Assembly (NCBI GenBank): GCA_036960305.1
Contig: JBALWA010000007.1
Span: 14,126-78,125, forward strand
Source: Halioglobus sp.
GTDB lineage: Bacteria > Pseudomonadota > Gammaproteobacteria > Pseudomonadales > Halieaceae
Direction: 5' to 3'
DNA length: 64,000 nucleotides
In this document: positions 18,649 through 26,667 of the stretch, in pieces
Layout of the letters: the number at the start of each line of letters is the position of its first letter
Position numbering within the stretch: position 1 is the first letter of the stretch
Position numbers and translations under genes: made by a program
Notes under the pieces: generated by a model
What the model was told of the DNA's origin: nothing
The model's database searches: none
What the model saw: the letters and a program-made list of their open reading frames with translations, nothing else

Positions 18649-18824
18649 GAACTGCACCTTAAAAACACAATGGGGTGACAGCTATTTTAATTGCGCCCGT
18701 GCCGCCACTCTATTGTCCAGTTACCGAGATTACGGTACTTCTTTAATGCTATAGACGGCCAGTGAAAGGACTTTTCTGAATGGCATTCCATCGTCCGGCC
18801 GGAACGCTCATGATAGGAATTGAA

Positions 18825-19682
18825 CTAAAAACTCGCTTCTGAAGGAAGTGCGTCGATCGGCCGGAGTCTGAAGTGCCGGAAATAGACTTCCGCCCCCTCT
18901 GACTGCAACTGGATTCTGCCACGGTTCAGCGGCACGGTCTGGTCCTCAACCTCATGGCGCAGGTTTTCAATCCGCAGCACGGTATGTCCATTGACCCGGT
19001 GAATGGCGTGGTCACCGAAGACGTAGAGGTCGATTGTATTCCATTGGCCAACAGGGCTCTCTCTGTCGCTGGCGCCTATGACACGAAAGACCATTCCACC
19101 AACTGTAGTTGGTTCGCCCTCAGGCGCATAGCGTTGCCATGGGTAGGACAGGTCCCAATCCCATTCTGTGCGGACCTCCCCCGCAACAGCATCGACCGCG
19201 GTGAAATCCCCAGTGCTGCCATCCATAATCTCGAGCTCAATCGAACGCATCCAATATGTCCAGAAAGCCCCATAGTCACCTGTGGAATGATAGAGCAATC
19301 CGCTATTACGGGGTTTTTCTGCGCGAGGGGCGTAGCGTTTTTCTCCCCACTTGTACTGCAGCTGAAGGTGGTAGTTGGCATGGTCGTCGGCACTGATCAG
19401 TGCACCCCAGGTTTGGCCCGAAATACGGATGGCCGGTTCACCATCCTCCATGACCACAGAAAAAATGCCGGCATCATCCTTATTCAACCCAATCTGTGGT
19501 GGCCAGTCTCCCCATAGTTTGATCGGAAGCTGGGGCACCTCGGGGGCGCCCAGCCAGGTATCCCAACCGGAGAGATCACGGCCGTTGAACAGTTCGACAA
19601 AATCCTCTTGCGCCGACAGAGGGGCCTGGAAAGCGAGCAACAGGACGATGCTCGCTGCAAGGCCTGAGAGTTTATGTGGCAT
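18825..19682 (-). CDS. DUF1080 (3-keto-disaccharide hydrolase-like) domain protein, secreted
   Basis: Signal peptide LLLAFQAPLSA-Q. FVELFNGRDLSGWDTW at the N-terminus and IQLQSEGAEVYFRHFRLRPI at the C-terminus are hallmark DUF1080 ends. Confidence 0.75.
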   Translation of the reverse strand: MPHKLSGLAASIVLLLAFQAPLSAQEDFVELFNGRDLSGWDTWLGAPEVPQLPIKLWGDWPPQIGLNKDDAGIFSVVMEDGEPAIRISGQTWGALISADDHANYHLQLQYKWGEKRYAPRAEKPRNSGLLYHSTGDYGAFWTYWMRSIELEIMDGSTGDFTAVDAVAGEVRTEWDWDLSYPWQRYAPEGEPTTVGGMVFRVIGASDRESPVGQWNTIDLYVFGDHAIHRVNGHTVLRIENLRHEVEDQTVPLNRGRIQLQSEGAEVYFRHFRLRPIDALPSEASF

Positions 19683-19688
19683 GGTCAA

Positions 19689-20036
19689 TCAACCGATATT
19701 TTGGCCAATAAACCCGAGGCCGTCCTGGTAAAGTTGCTCCGGCGATTCAAAGGCGTTGCGCCAGATATTGGCCGCATTGACGATCGCTGGATCGGCGGTA
19801 CCGAAAGCCTCGATTACCAACCAGCCCTTATAGTCGATCTCTTTGAGGGCGGCGAAATTCTCATCCCACTTGACCTGTCCTGTGCCCAGGGTTCCCCGGT
19901 GACTCTCGCTGAGGTGGATGTGGAAAATGTTATCACGGACCGCCGATATAGACTGCCCGGGGTCAGCCTCCTCGATATTGGCGTGATGGGTGTCGTACAG
20001 GATACCCACGTTATCCAGCCCTACATCCCGACACAT
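19689..20036 (-). pseudogene. C-terminal remnant of a xylose-isomerase-like TIM-barrel ketose 3-epimerase/sugar-phosphate isomerase
   Basis: Only about 115 codons are present: VGILYDTHHANIEEADPGQSI...IFHIHLSESHRGTLGTGQVKWDENFAALKEIDYKGWLVIEAF matches the last third of ~290-aa epimerases. The upstream frame hits a stop at 20103-20105, inside the neighbouring FAH gene. No N-terminal part is present on either side. Confidence 0.6.
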
Positions 20037-20091
20037 ACGCTGGGCGCCGCCGCCGCTGCTGCAATTAATTCCCGGCGTTTGATCGTCATTC

Positions 20092-20937
20092 TTAACTCTC
20101 CCCTATCACTTCCTGGCGCTGCGAACCGAGGCCGGTGATTTCCACGGTCATAACATCACCTACGTTCAAATACACGGGGGGATTCTGGCCAAGGCCAACA
20201 CCGGGTGGGGTGCCTGTGGATATGACATCTCCGGGCTGCAAGCTCATGAACTTACTCAGATAACTGACGATAAATGCAGGGTTGAAGATCATGGTTTGGG
20301 TGCTGCCGTTTTGGTAGCGCTTGCCATTTACCTCCAGGGTCATATCCAGGTCCAGTACGTTGGCAACCTCGTCCCGGGTCACTAGCCAGGGTCCGGTGGG
20401 GCCGAAGGTATCGCAGCCCTTGCCCTTGTCCCACTGGCCGCCACGCTCCAGTTGAAAGTGGCGCTCGGACACATCGTTGACCACGCAGTAGCCGGCAATG
20501 TGCTCCTCGGCATCCGCCTCATCGATGTACACTCCGGGTTTTCCGATCACGATCCCCAGTTCCACTTCCCAGTCCAGTTTAGTGCTGTCGCGGGGCTTAA
20601 CGACGTCATCGTTGGGTCCGCACACCGCGCTGGTCCACTTGTTAAACACAACGGGCTCATCGGGGATTGGCATCCCGGACTCCTCCGCGTGATCAGCGTA
20701 ATTGAGCCCAATGCAGACGAATTTACCGATGGCGCCCACACAGGCGCCGATACGGAGGCTGGCATCCAGTACTGGCAGGGCCTGCAGATCGGAGTTTGCA
20801 ATTTGTTGCAAACTTTGTGGCAGAAGGGTTTCACCAGCGATATCAGTGACTACCGAGGACAAATCCCGGTACTGGCCCTGTGCGTCGATGATGGCGGGCT
20901 TTTCCTGACCCAAGGGGCCTACACGCAATAATTTCAT
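20092..20937 (-). CDS. Fumarylacetoacetate hydrolase (FAH) family protein, candidate 2,4-diketo-3-deoxy-sugar-acid hydrolase
   Basis: 281 aa with FVCIGLNYADHAEE, LDWEVELGIVIGK, GYCVVNDVSER and PGDVISTGTPPGVG, which are typical FAH-family motifs. The specific substrate is inferred from context. Confidence 0.85.
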   Translation of the reverse strand: MKLLRVGPLGQEKPAIIDAQGQYRDLSSVVTDIAGETLLPQSLQQIANSDLQALPVLDASLRIGACVGAIGKFVCIGLNYADHAEESGMPIPDEPVVFNKWTSAVCGPNDDVVKPRDSTKLDWEVELGIVIGKPGVYIDEADAEEHIAGYCVVNDVSERHFQLERGGQWDKGKGCDTFGPTGPWLVTRDEVANVLDLDMTLEVNGKRYQNGSTQTMIFNPAFIVSYLSKFMSLQPGDVISTGTPPGVGLGQNPPVYLNVGDVMTVEITGLGSQRQEVIGES

Positions 20938-20965
20938 GTTCTTACTCCACTAGATTAATTTGGTC

Positions 20966-21709
20966 TTACATACTCCAGCCGCCGTCCATGACGACCTCTG
21001 TTCCTGTCATAAAAGCGCTCTCCGGGCTCGCCAGGGTCAGCGCGACAGCAGCGATTTCCTCAACAGTGCCCAGCCGTTTCATAGGCTGGCGATTGATAAA
21101 CGTCTCGCGCGCCGCCTCATAATCACCCGTCGCGTGCAGACGCTCTTGCAGGGATGGCGAATCAATTGTGCCGGGGCAGATAGCATTGCAGCGTATGCCC
21201 TGCTCCACGTAGTCCATCGCAACCGACTTGGTAATGCCCAGTACCGCGCCCTTGCTTGAGCCGTAGGCGAAGCGATTGGCTGCTCCGCGGAGGCTGGACA
21301 CGACAGAAGCAATATTAACAATGGCGCCATCGCCCTGTACCAGCATACCCGGCAGGAAAGCGGCGATGGTGTGATAAATCGCCTTCGCGTTTACCGCCAT
21401 ACTAAGATCCCAGTCGTCGTCTGTGCAATCCAGTACAGTGCCATTACTGACTACACCACTGCAGTTCACCAGAATATTGACGTCTTCAAAGCGCGCGGCG
21501 CACTCCGCAATCCCGGCCTTGTCAGTGACATCCAACTGCACTGTTTCTAATGCCAGCCCGGTCGCGGCCAGCTCGTCCAGCGTCTTGGGGTTAATGTCCG
21601 AGGCGATCACCCGCGCTCCTTCAGCTACAAAAGCCTGGCTAACCGCGCGGCCAATGCCCTGGCCTGCGCCCGTGACGAAGGCAGTTTTGCCTGATAATCG
21701 ATTGTTCAT
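20966..21709 (-). CDS. SDR-family oxidoreductase (candidate 2-keto-3-deoxy-sugar-acid 4-dehydrogenase)
   Basis: TAFVTGAGQGIGRA, NIASVVS and YGSSKGAVLGITKSVA (YxxxK). 247 aa classical SDR. Confidence 0.9.
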   Translation of the reverse strand: MNNRLSGKTAFVTGAGQGIGRAVSQAFVAEGARVIASDINPKTLDELAATGLALETVQLDVTDKAGIAECAARFEDVNILVNCSGVVSNGTVLDCTDDDWDLSMAVNAKAIYHTIAAFLPGMLVQGDGAIVNIASVVSSLRGAANRFAYGSSKGAVLGITKSVAMDYVEQGIRCNAICPGTIDSPSLQERLHATGDYEAARETFINRQPMKRLGTVEEIAAVALTLASPESAFMTGTEVVMDGGWSM

Positions 21710-21952
21710 ATGTTGACCTCACTAGAGCGCCGACTGCCTCGGCAATTTCCGAAAACGTAATAACAGACTATATCTATTGGTGATATTCGGGCTCTACCTA
21801 GCCCTTATCGCAGTACAGGTACTTTTTTGCCGCAGCCTCCACGCTTAATCAACGCGGGCTAAATAAATACCTGAGGAAAGACAATACAGTGGTAGAGATG
21901 AACCGCCAACGTTCAGTAGCCTTAACTATTCTAGCCCACACAGGAATATTTC

Positions 21953-22981
21953 ATGTTACTCCCACGGCCCCCGGTTGACCTGCAGGACGTGCAGGTCATC
22001 GATCTATCCAACGCGCGAGGTGACTCGCTGCGCCTGCTTACACTGGGAGCGACCATCAAAGAGTGGAACATCAACACCCGAGGGCACGGGCTAATCAATA
22101 CCGTACTGGGCTATCCCCATGAGCAAAGCTATCTGATGGACACTGCCTACCACGGCGCGATAGCGGGCCGTTACTGTAACCGAATTGCCAACAGCCGTTT
22201 TACTCTTGGTACAGAGCAATACCAGCTACTCAGCAACGAGGGGCCACATCACCTCCATGGGGGCCCCCAGGGCTTCTACAACAGACTCTGGCATATTGAG
22301 GAACGGGATAGGCAGAGCCTGACGCTCTCCCTGCACTCCGCAGACGGAGACCAGGGCTATCCCGGTAATCTGGATGTGCGGCTGCGCTATACCCTGAACG
22401 ATGACGGCGCTCTCGATATTGAGTGGCAGGCACAGTCCGATCGTGACACGGTAGTCAGTCTGACTAACCACGCCTATTTCAATCTGGCAGGTTGCGGGGA
22501 CATCCGCGACCAATACCTTCGCATTGCCGCATCTCACTACACACCTGTTACAAAGGACCTGATACCGACGGGTGAAATCCGGCCGGTAGCCGGTACCGTG
22601 CTGGACCTTCGGAACTTCACTCTGCTCGATCAACTACTGAACAGCGACGATTCTGAAATCACCGCGCACGGCGGCCTGGATCACAATTGGGCCATAGACT
22701 CCGGCGGCGTGTGTGCCGAATTACTCTGTCCCCGGACGCAACTTCTGTTACAAGCCAGCAGCACGCTTCCCGGATTACAGTGTTACACCGGCAATAATCT
22801 GCTGGCACACGGCACCCACGGTTGTCACGAGGGTGTGTGCCTGGAGACCCAACACTATCCCAACAGTCCCAATGAGCCCGGTTTTCCCTCACCGCTACTG
22901 CGCGCCGGAGAAACCCAGCGGCACCATACTCGCTACCATATTAGCGAAGTCAACGCGGAGGAAACCCTGGCCAATGTCTGA
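21953..22981 (+). CDS. Aldose 1-epimerase (mutarotase) family
   Basis: NEGPHHLHGGPQGF, SLTNHAYFNL, GLDHNW and CLETQHYPNSPN are characteristic mutarotase motifs. Confidence 0.85.
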   Translation: MLLPRPPVDLQDVQVIDLSNARGDSLRLLTLGATIKEWNINTRGHGLINTVLGYPHEQSYLMDTAYHGAIAGRYCNRIANSRFTLGTEQYQLLSNEGPHHLHGGPQGFYNRLWHIEERDRQSLTLSLHSADGDQGYPGNLDVRLRYTLNDDGALDIEWQAQSDRDTVVSLTNHAYFNLAGCGDIRDQYLRIAASHYTPVTKDLIPTGEIRPVAGTVLDLRNFTLLDQLLNSDDSEITAHGGLDHNWAIDSGGVCAELLCPRTQLLLQASSTLPGLQCYTGNNLLAHGTHGCHEGVCLETQHYPNSPNEPGFPSPLLRAGETQRHHTRYHISEVNAEETLANV

Positions 22982-25832
22982 AACTCCAGGAACGGCACGG
23001 GGAAACGTCCGGGGTTTCCAGAGCGCACTGAGCGCTGTTATTCCTTCCGATCGATTGATTGATGATCCCCTGAGGCGCCTCGCCTACGGTACCGATGCGA
23101 GCTTTTATCGGCTGATACCACAATTAGTCGTGTGCGCAGAATCGGCTGATGAGGTCCGCGAGGTCTTGGCGCAGGCTCAACGATTTGGGGTGGCCGTTAC
23201 ATTTCGCGCAGCGGGCACCAGCCTGTCTGGCCAGGCTGTCACCGACTCGGTACTGCTCACCCTGGGTCACGGCTGGCAGGGACATAGCATCGAAGACGGG
23301 GGCTCAGCGATACGCCTACAGCCTGGTGTGATCGGGGCCCGGGCCAACGAACTGCTGGCACCCCATATGCGACGCATAGGGCCCGACCCGGCCTCCATCA
23401 ACACCGCCAAAATCGGTGGCATTGCCGCCAACAACGCCAGTGGAATGTGCTGCGGCACCGCCCACAATAGCTACCAAACCTTGCGTGCTTTAAAGCTGAT
23501 ACTGGCAGACGGCTCGACGCTGGATACCGGCAGTACGCTCAGCTGTGATATGTTCCGAACATCCCACGGCGACCTGTTGGGTTCGCTGGAAACAATCGCC
23601 AACGAGGTAAAGAACACACCACACCTATCCGCACTCATACACAAGAAGTACCGCCTCAAGAATACGACTGGCTACGCCATAAACGCCCTGCTCGATTTTG
23701 ACGATCCGATCGACATCCTCCAACACTTGATGATTGGCTCCGAGGGGACGCTGGGGTTCATCGCAGAGATATGCCTCGAGACAGTACGCGAGGAGCCCTG
23801 CAAGGCTACCGGACTGCTCGTCTTCGAGAGCCTTGAAACCGCATGTAGGGCTGTGTCTGTACTGGACACTAAGCCTGTTTCGGCCGTTGAGCTAATCGAT
23901 CGCAAGGGTTTGGCATCGGTAGCACACCTCGATGGTATGCCCCCAGGGGTCGCCGACTTTCCTGACCAGGCCACTGCGCTATTAATCGAAGTCTGCGGTG
24001 AGTCCGAGAAATTACTGCAGCAGCGCCTGGGAGAAGTGACCGAATGCGCTCTGGAATGGCAACTGCTGGGAGAGAGGCATTTCACGCGCGAACCAGCCCA
24101 TGCAGCCAAACTATGGTCTATTCGCAAGGGCCTATTCCCAGCGGTAGGCGCAGTGCGCGCCACCGGCACTACCGTAATTATTGAGGATGTTGCCTTCCCG
24201 GTAGAAAACCTTGCCGCTGGGGTCACCGCCCTGCAAGCACTGTTGGAAAAGCACAGCTACCACGAGGCGGTGATGTTTGGTCACGCCCTGCAGGGCAACC
24301 TGCACTTTGTCTTTACACAGTCTTTTGAGGCGCCCGAGGAAGTCGAGCGCTATGGGCTTTTCATGGACGAACTGGCTCAGTTGGTTGCGGTGGAATACCA
24401 GGGTTCCCTTAAAGCTGAACACGGTACTGGCCGAAATATGGCGCCCTTCGTTGAGCTGGAATGGGGGGCTGAGGCCTACCGTCTCATGTGGCGTATCAAG
24501 CAAATTCTGGACCCGAACAATATCCTTAACCCGGGTGTCGTTTTAAATGAAGACCCGGACATCCACGTTAAAAACCTTAAGCCCATGCCACCTGCAGATC
24601 CGCTGGTGGACCGCTGTATCGAGTGCGGTTTCTGCGAGCCCAGCTGCCCGTCCCGCGACCTGACCTTGTCACCGCGCCAACGCATTGCAAGCTGGCGTGA
24701 GATCAACCGACTGCAGGCACTGAAGACTCCAAGCACTGGTGAGCGCCAAACGTTAAAGGAACTGCGACAGGGCTACGACTATGCCGGCACTGATACCTGC
24801 GCCGCCTGCGGCCTGTGTGAACTGCGTTGTCCGGTGGGTATCAACACCGGCGATCTCACACGGGCCATCAGAGGCGCGCGCAATAAACGAATGCGCTGGC
24901 TTGCCGAGGCCATCAGCCGCCATTTCGGCCTGGTAGTGAAGCTGGCAAGGGGTGGTCTGAAAACCGTGGACGCTCTAGCCGCGATTATTGGAAGGGCCCG
25001 CTTCGCCTGGCTGGCCCAGAGTATGAACCGGGTAAGTGTCGGGTACCTGCCCCTGTGGACCGCCGCAGTACGGGGTGGACGTGTCCCGCCCCACCAGGGA
25101 GACCATTACAGCGGCGACCCCGACAACACGGTAGTCTATTTCCCCGCCTGCCCCGGACGTATGCTGGACCCGGACCTGTCCCGGGCAACCGTCGAAATTC
25201 TTGAACGGGCTGGCTTCGCTGTCATCATCCCTACGGGTATGGATAGCGAGTGCTGCGGCATGCCCTTCGCGAGTAAGGGCTTCGCCGATATAGCCAGGGA
25301 CAAGGGTGAACATCTACGCGACAAACTTCGCGCCGTCAGCGGTACGAGGAAACTACCGGTTATTTGTGATGCCGCGCCCTGTAGCGCGCAACTGGCTGGT
25401 CTGCCCAGAGATGAGTTCGAGATTATCGACCTGGTGGATTTCCTCCATGACCGGGCCCTGCCACGGTTGCACATAGCGCGGCCCGCCCCAACAGTGGCAC
25501 TACACGTTACCTGCAGCAGCCAGCACTCCGCCACCGGTGAGAAATTGCAGGCCCTGACAAAAGCCTGCGCTCAGGAGGTGATACGACCGGCGAGCGTCAC
25601 TTGCTGTGGCTTTGCCGGGGACAAGGGATTTACCCTGCCCGCGCTCAACGCCAGCGCCCTATCCCATTTAGCGGCGGAAATCCCATCGGGCTGCACCGCT
25701 GGCTACTCCAATAGCCGTACCTGTGAAATTGGCTTGAGCGAACATGCGGGTATCCCCTACCGCCACATTGCCTACCTGCTACTGGAGGTGAGCCGTCCAG
25801 CGCTAGGAGAAAAAAGTACCAGCAGTGCATGA
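22974..25832 (+). CDS. FAD-binding oxidase fused to Fe-S and CCG domains (D-lactate/glycolate/2-hydroxyacid dehydrogenase type)
   Basis: I take the start at ATG 22974 (MSETPG...), overlapping the mutarotase stop by 8 nt; the listed 22713 start is an out-of-context extension. RLAYGTDASFY, VTFRAAGTSLSGQAV, 4Fe-4S motifs CIECGFCEPSCP and CAACGLCELRCP, and C-terminal Cys-rich CCG-type repeats. Confidence 0.85.
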   Translation: MSETPGTARGNVRGFQSALSAVIPSDRLIDDPLRRLAYGTDASFYRLIPQLVVCAESADEVREVLAQAQRFGVAVTFRAAGTSLSGQAVTDSVLLTLGHGWQGHSIEDGGSAIRLQPGVIGARANELLAPHMRRIGPDPASINTAKIGGIAANNASGMCCGTAHNSYQTLRALKLILADGSTLDTGSTLSCDMFRTSHGDLLGSLETIANEVKNTPHLSALIHKKYRLKNTTGYAINALLDFDDPIDILQHLMIGSEGTLGFIAEICLETVREEPCKATGLLVFESLETACRAVSVLDTKPVSAVELIDRKGLASVAHLDGMPPGVADFPDQATALLIEVCGESEKLLQQRLGEVTECALEWQLLGERHFTREPAHAAKLWSIRKGLFPAVGAVRATGTTVIIEDVAFPVENLAAGVTALQALLEKHSYHEAVMFGHALQGNLHFVFTQSFEAPEEVERYGLFMDELAQLVAVEYQGSLKAEHGTGRNMAPFVELEWGAEAYRLMWRIKQILDPNNILNPGVVLNEDPDIHVKNLKPMPPADPLVDRCIECGFCEPSCPSRDLTLSPRQRIASWREINRLQALKTPSTGERQTLKELRQGYDYAGTDTCAACGLCELRCPVGINTGDLTRAIRGARNKRMRWLAEAISRHFGLVVKLARGGLKTVDALAAIIGRARFAWLAQSMNRVSVGYLPLWTAAVRGGRVPPHQGDHYSGDPDNTVVYFPACPGRMLDPDLSRATVEILERAGFAVIIPTGMDSECCGMPFASKGFADIARDKGEHLRDKLRAVSGTRKLPVICDAAPCSAQLAGLPRDEFEIIDLVDFLHDRALPRLHIARPAPTVALHVTCSSQHSATGEKLQALTKACAQEVIRPASVTCCGFAGDKGFTLPALNASALSHLAAEIPSGCTAGYSNSRTCEIGLSEHAGIPYRHIAYLLLEVSRPALGEKSTSSA

Positions 25833-25902
25833 ACAGGGAGGTGGAGCGATGCCCGCTGCAATCCTATTATGTCCCCAGACTAATACATCCAGGAGCACTG
25901 CA

Positions 25903-26667
25903 ATGAGCGACAACAGCAAGATTGCCATAATCACCGGCGGCAGTTCCGGTATCGGCACCGAAATGGCCCGCTATATGGCGGGCCAGGGCTGGGATATTGC
26001 GATCACCTACGCTGGCAATGCCGCTGGCGCAGAAGACACCGTTGCCGCCATCGAAGCTGAAGGCCAACGGGGCTTCATGAAGCAGTGCGATGTGGGCTAC
26101 AAGGACCAGGTAGACGCGTTCCTGGATGCCGTTACCGATACCCTTGGCTTGCCTCAATTACTGGTCAACAACGCCGGCGTACAAACCTGGGCACCCTTTC
26201 TCGAACTGAAAGAAGAAGACTGGGACCGCACAATTCGCACCAATCTCAAGGGCTACTTCCTGTGTACCCAGAAATACGCAAAATTGCTGGTGGAACACAA
26301 ACAACCCGGCAGCGTCATCATGATCGGCTCGGGCTGCAACAAGGTGCCCTTCCCCAATCTGGTGGATTACACCGCCTCCAAGGGCGGAATCGAGAATTTA
26401 ACCAAGGTGGCGGCCACTGAGCTGGGGCAGTACGGAATTCGTGTCAACGGTGTGGCGCCAGGCGCAATCGAAATCGAACGTACTCGCCTGGAAGATCCCG
26501 AGTACGGCGAAACCTGGGGGGCCCTCGCGCCGCTGGGTAGAGTCGGCTATTCTCTGGATATCGCCAAGGCTGTCGAATACCTGGGTGGCGAGAATGCGGC
26601 TTATGTCACGGGCCAGACCCTCTACGTTGACGGTGGCGTGTTCACCAAACCCAACTGGCCCTATTAG
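25903..26667 (+). CDS. SDR-family oxidoreductase (candidate sugar 1-dehydrogenase)
   Basis: The ATG at 25903 has AGGAG 7 nt upstream. IAIITGGSSGIG, NNAG and YTASKGGIENLTKVAA (YxxxK). Confidence 0.85.
   Translation: MSDNSKIAIITGGSSGIGTEMARYMAGQGWDIAITYAGNAAGAEDTVAAIEAEGQRGFMKQCDVGYKDQVDAFLDAVTDTLGLPQLLVNNAGVQTWAPFLELKEEDWDRTIRTNLKGYFLCTQKYAKLLVEHKQPGSVIMIGSGCNKVPFPNLVDYTASKGGIENLTKVAATELGQYGIRVNGVAPGAIEIERTRLEDPEYGETWGALAPLGRVGYSLDIAKAVEYLGGENAAYVTGQTLYVDGGVFTKPNWPY

Noticed and set aside
22713-22973. 5' extension of the FAD/Fe-S dehydrogenase ORF (listed start 22713).
   Set aside because: The extension overlaps the last 270 nt of the mutarotase gene in another frame and has no family resemblance. 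The conserved N-terminus begins right after the ATG at 22974.
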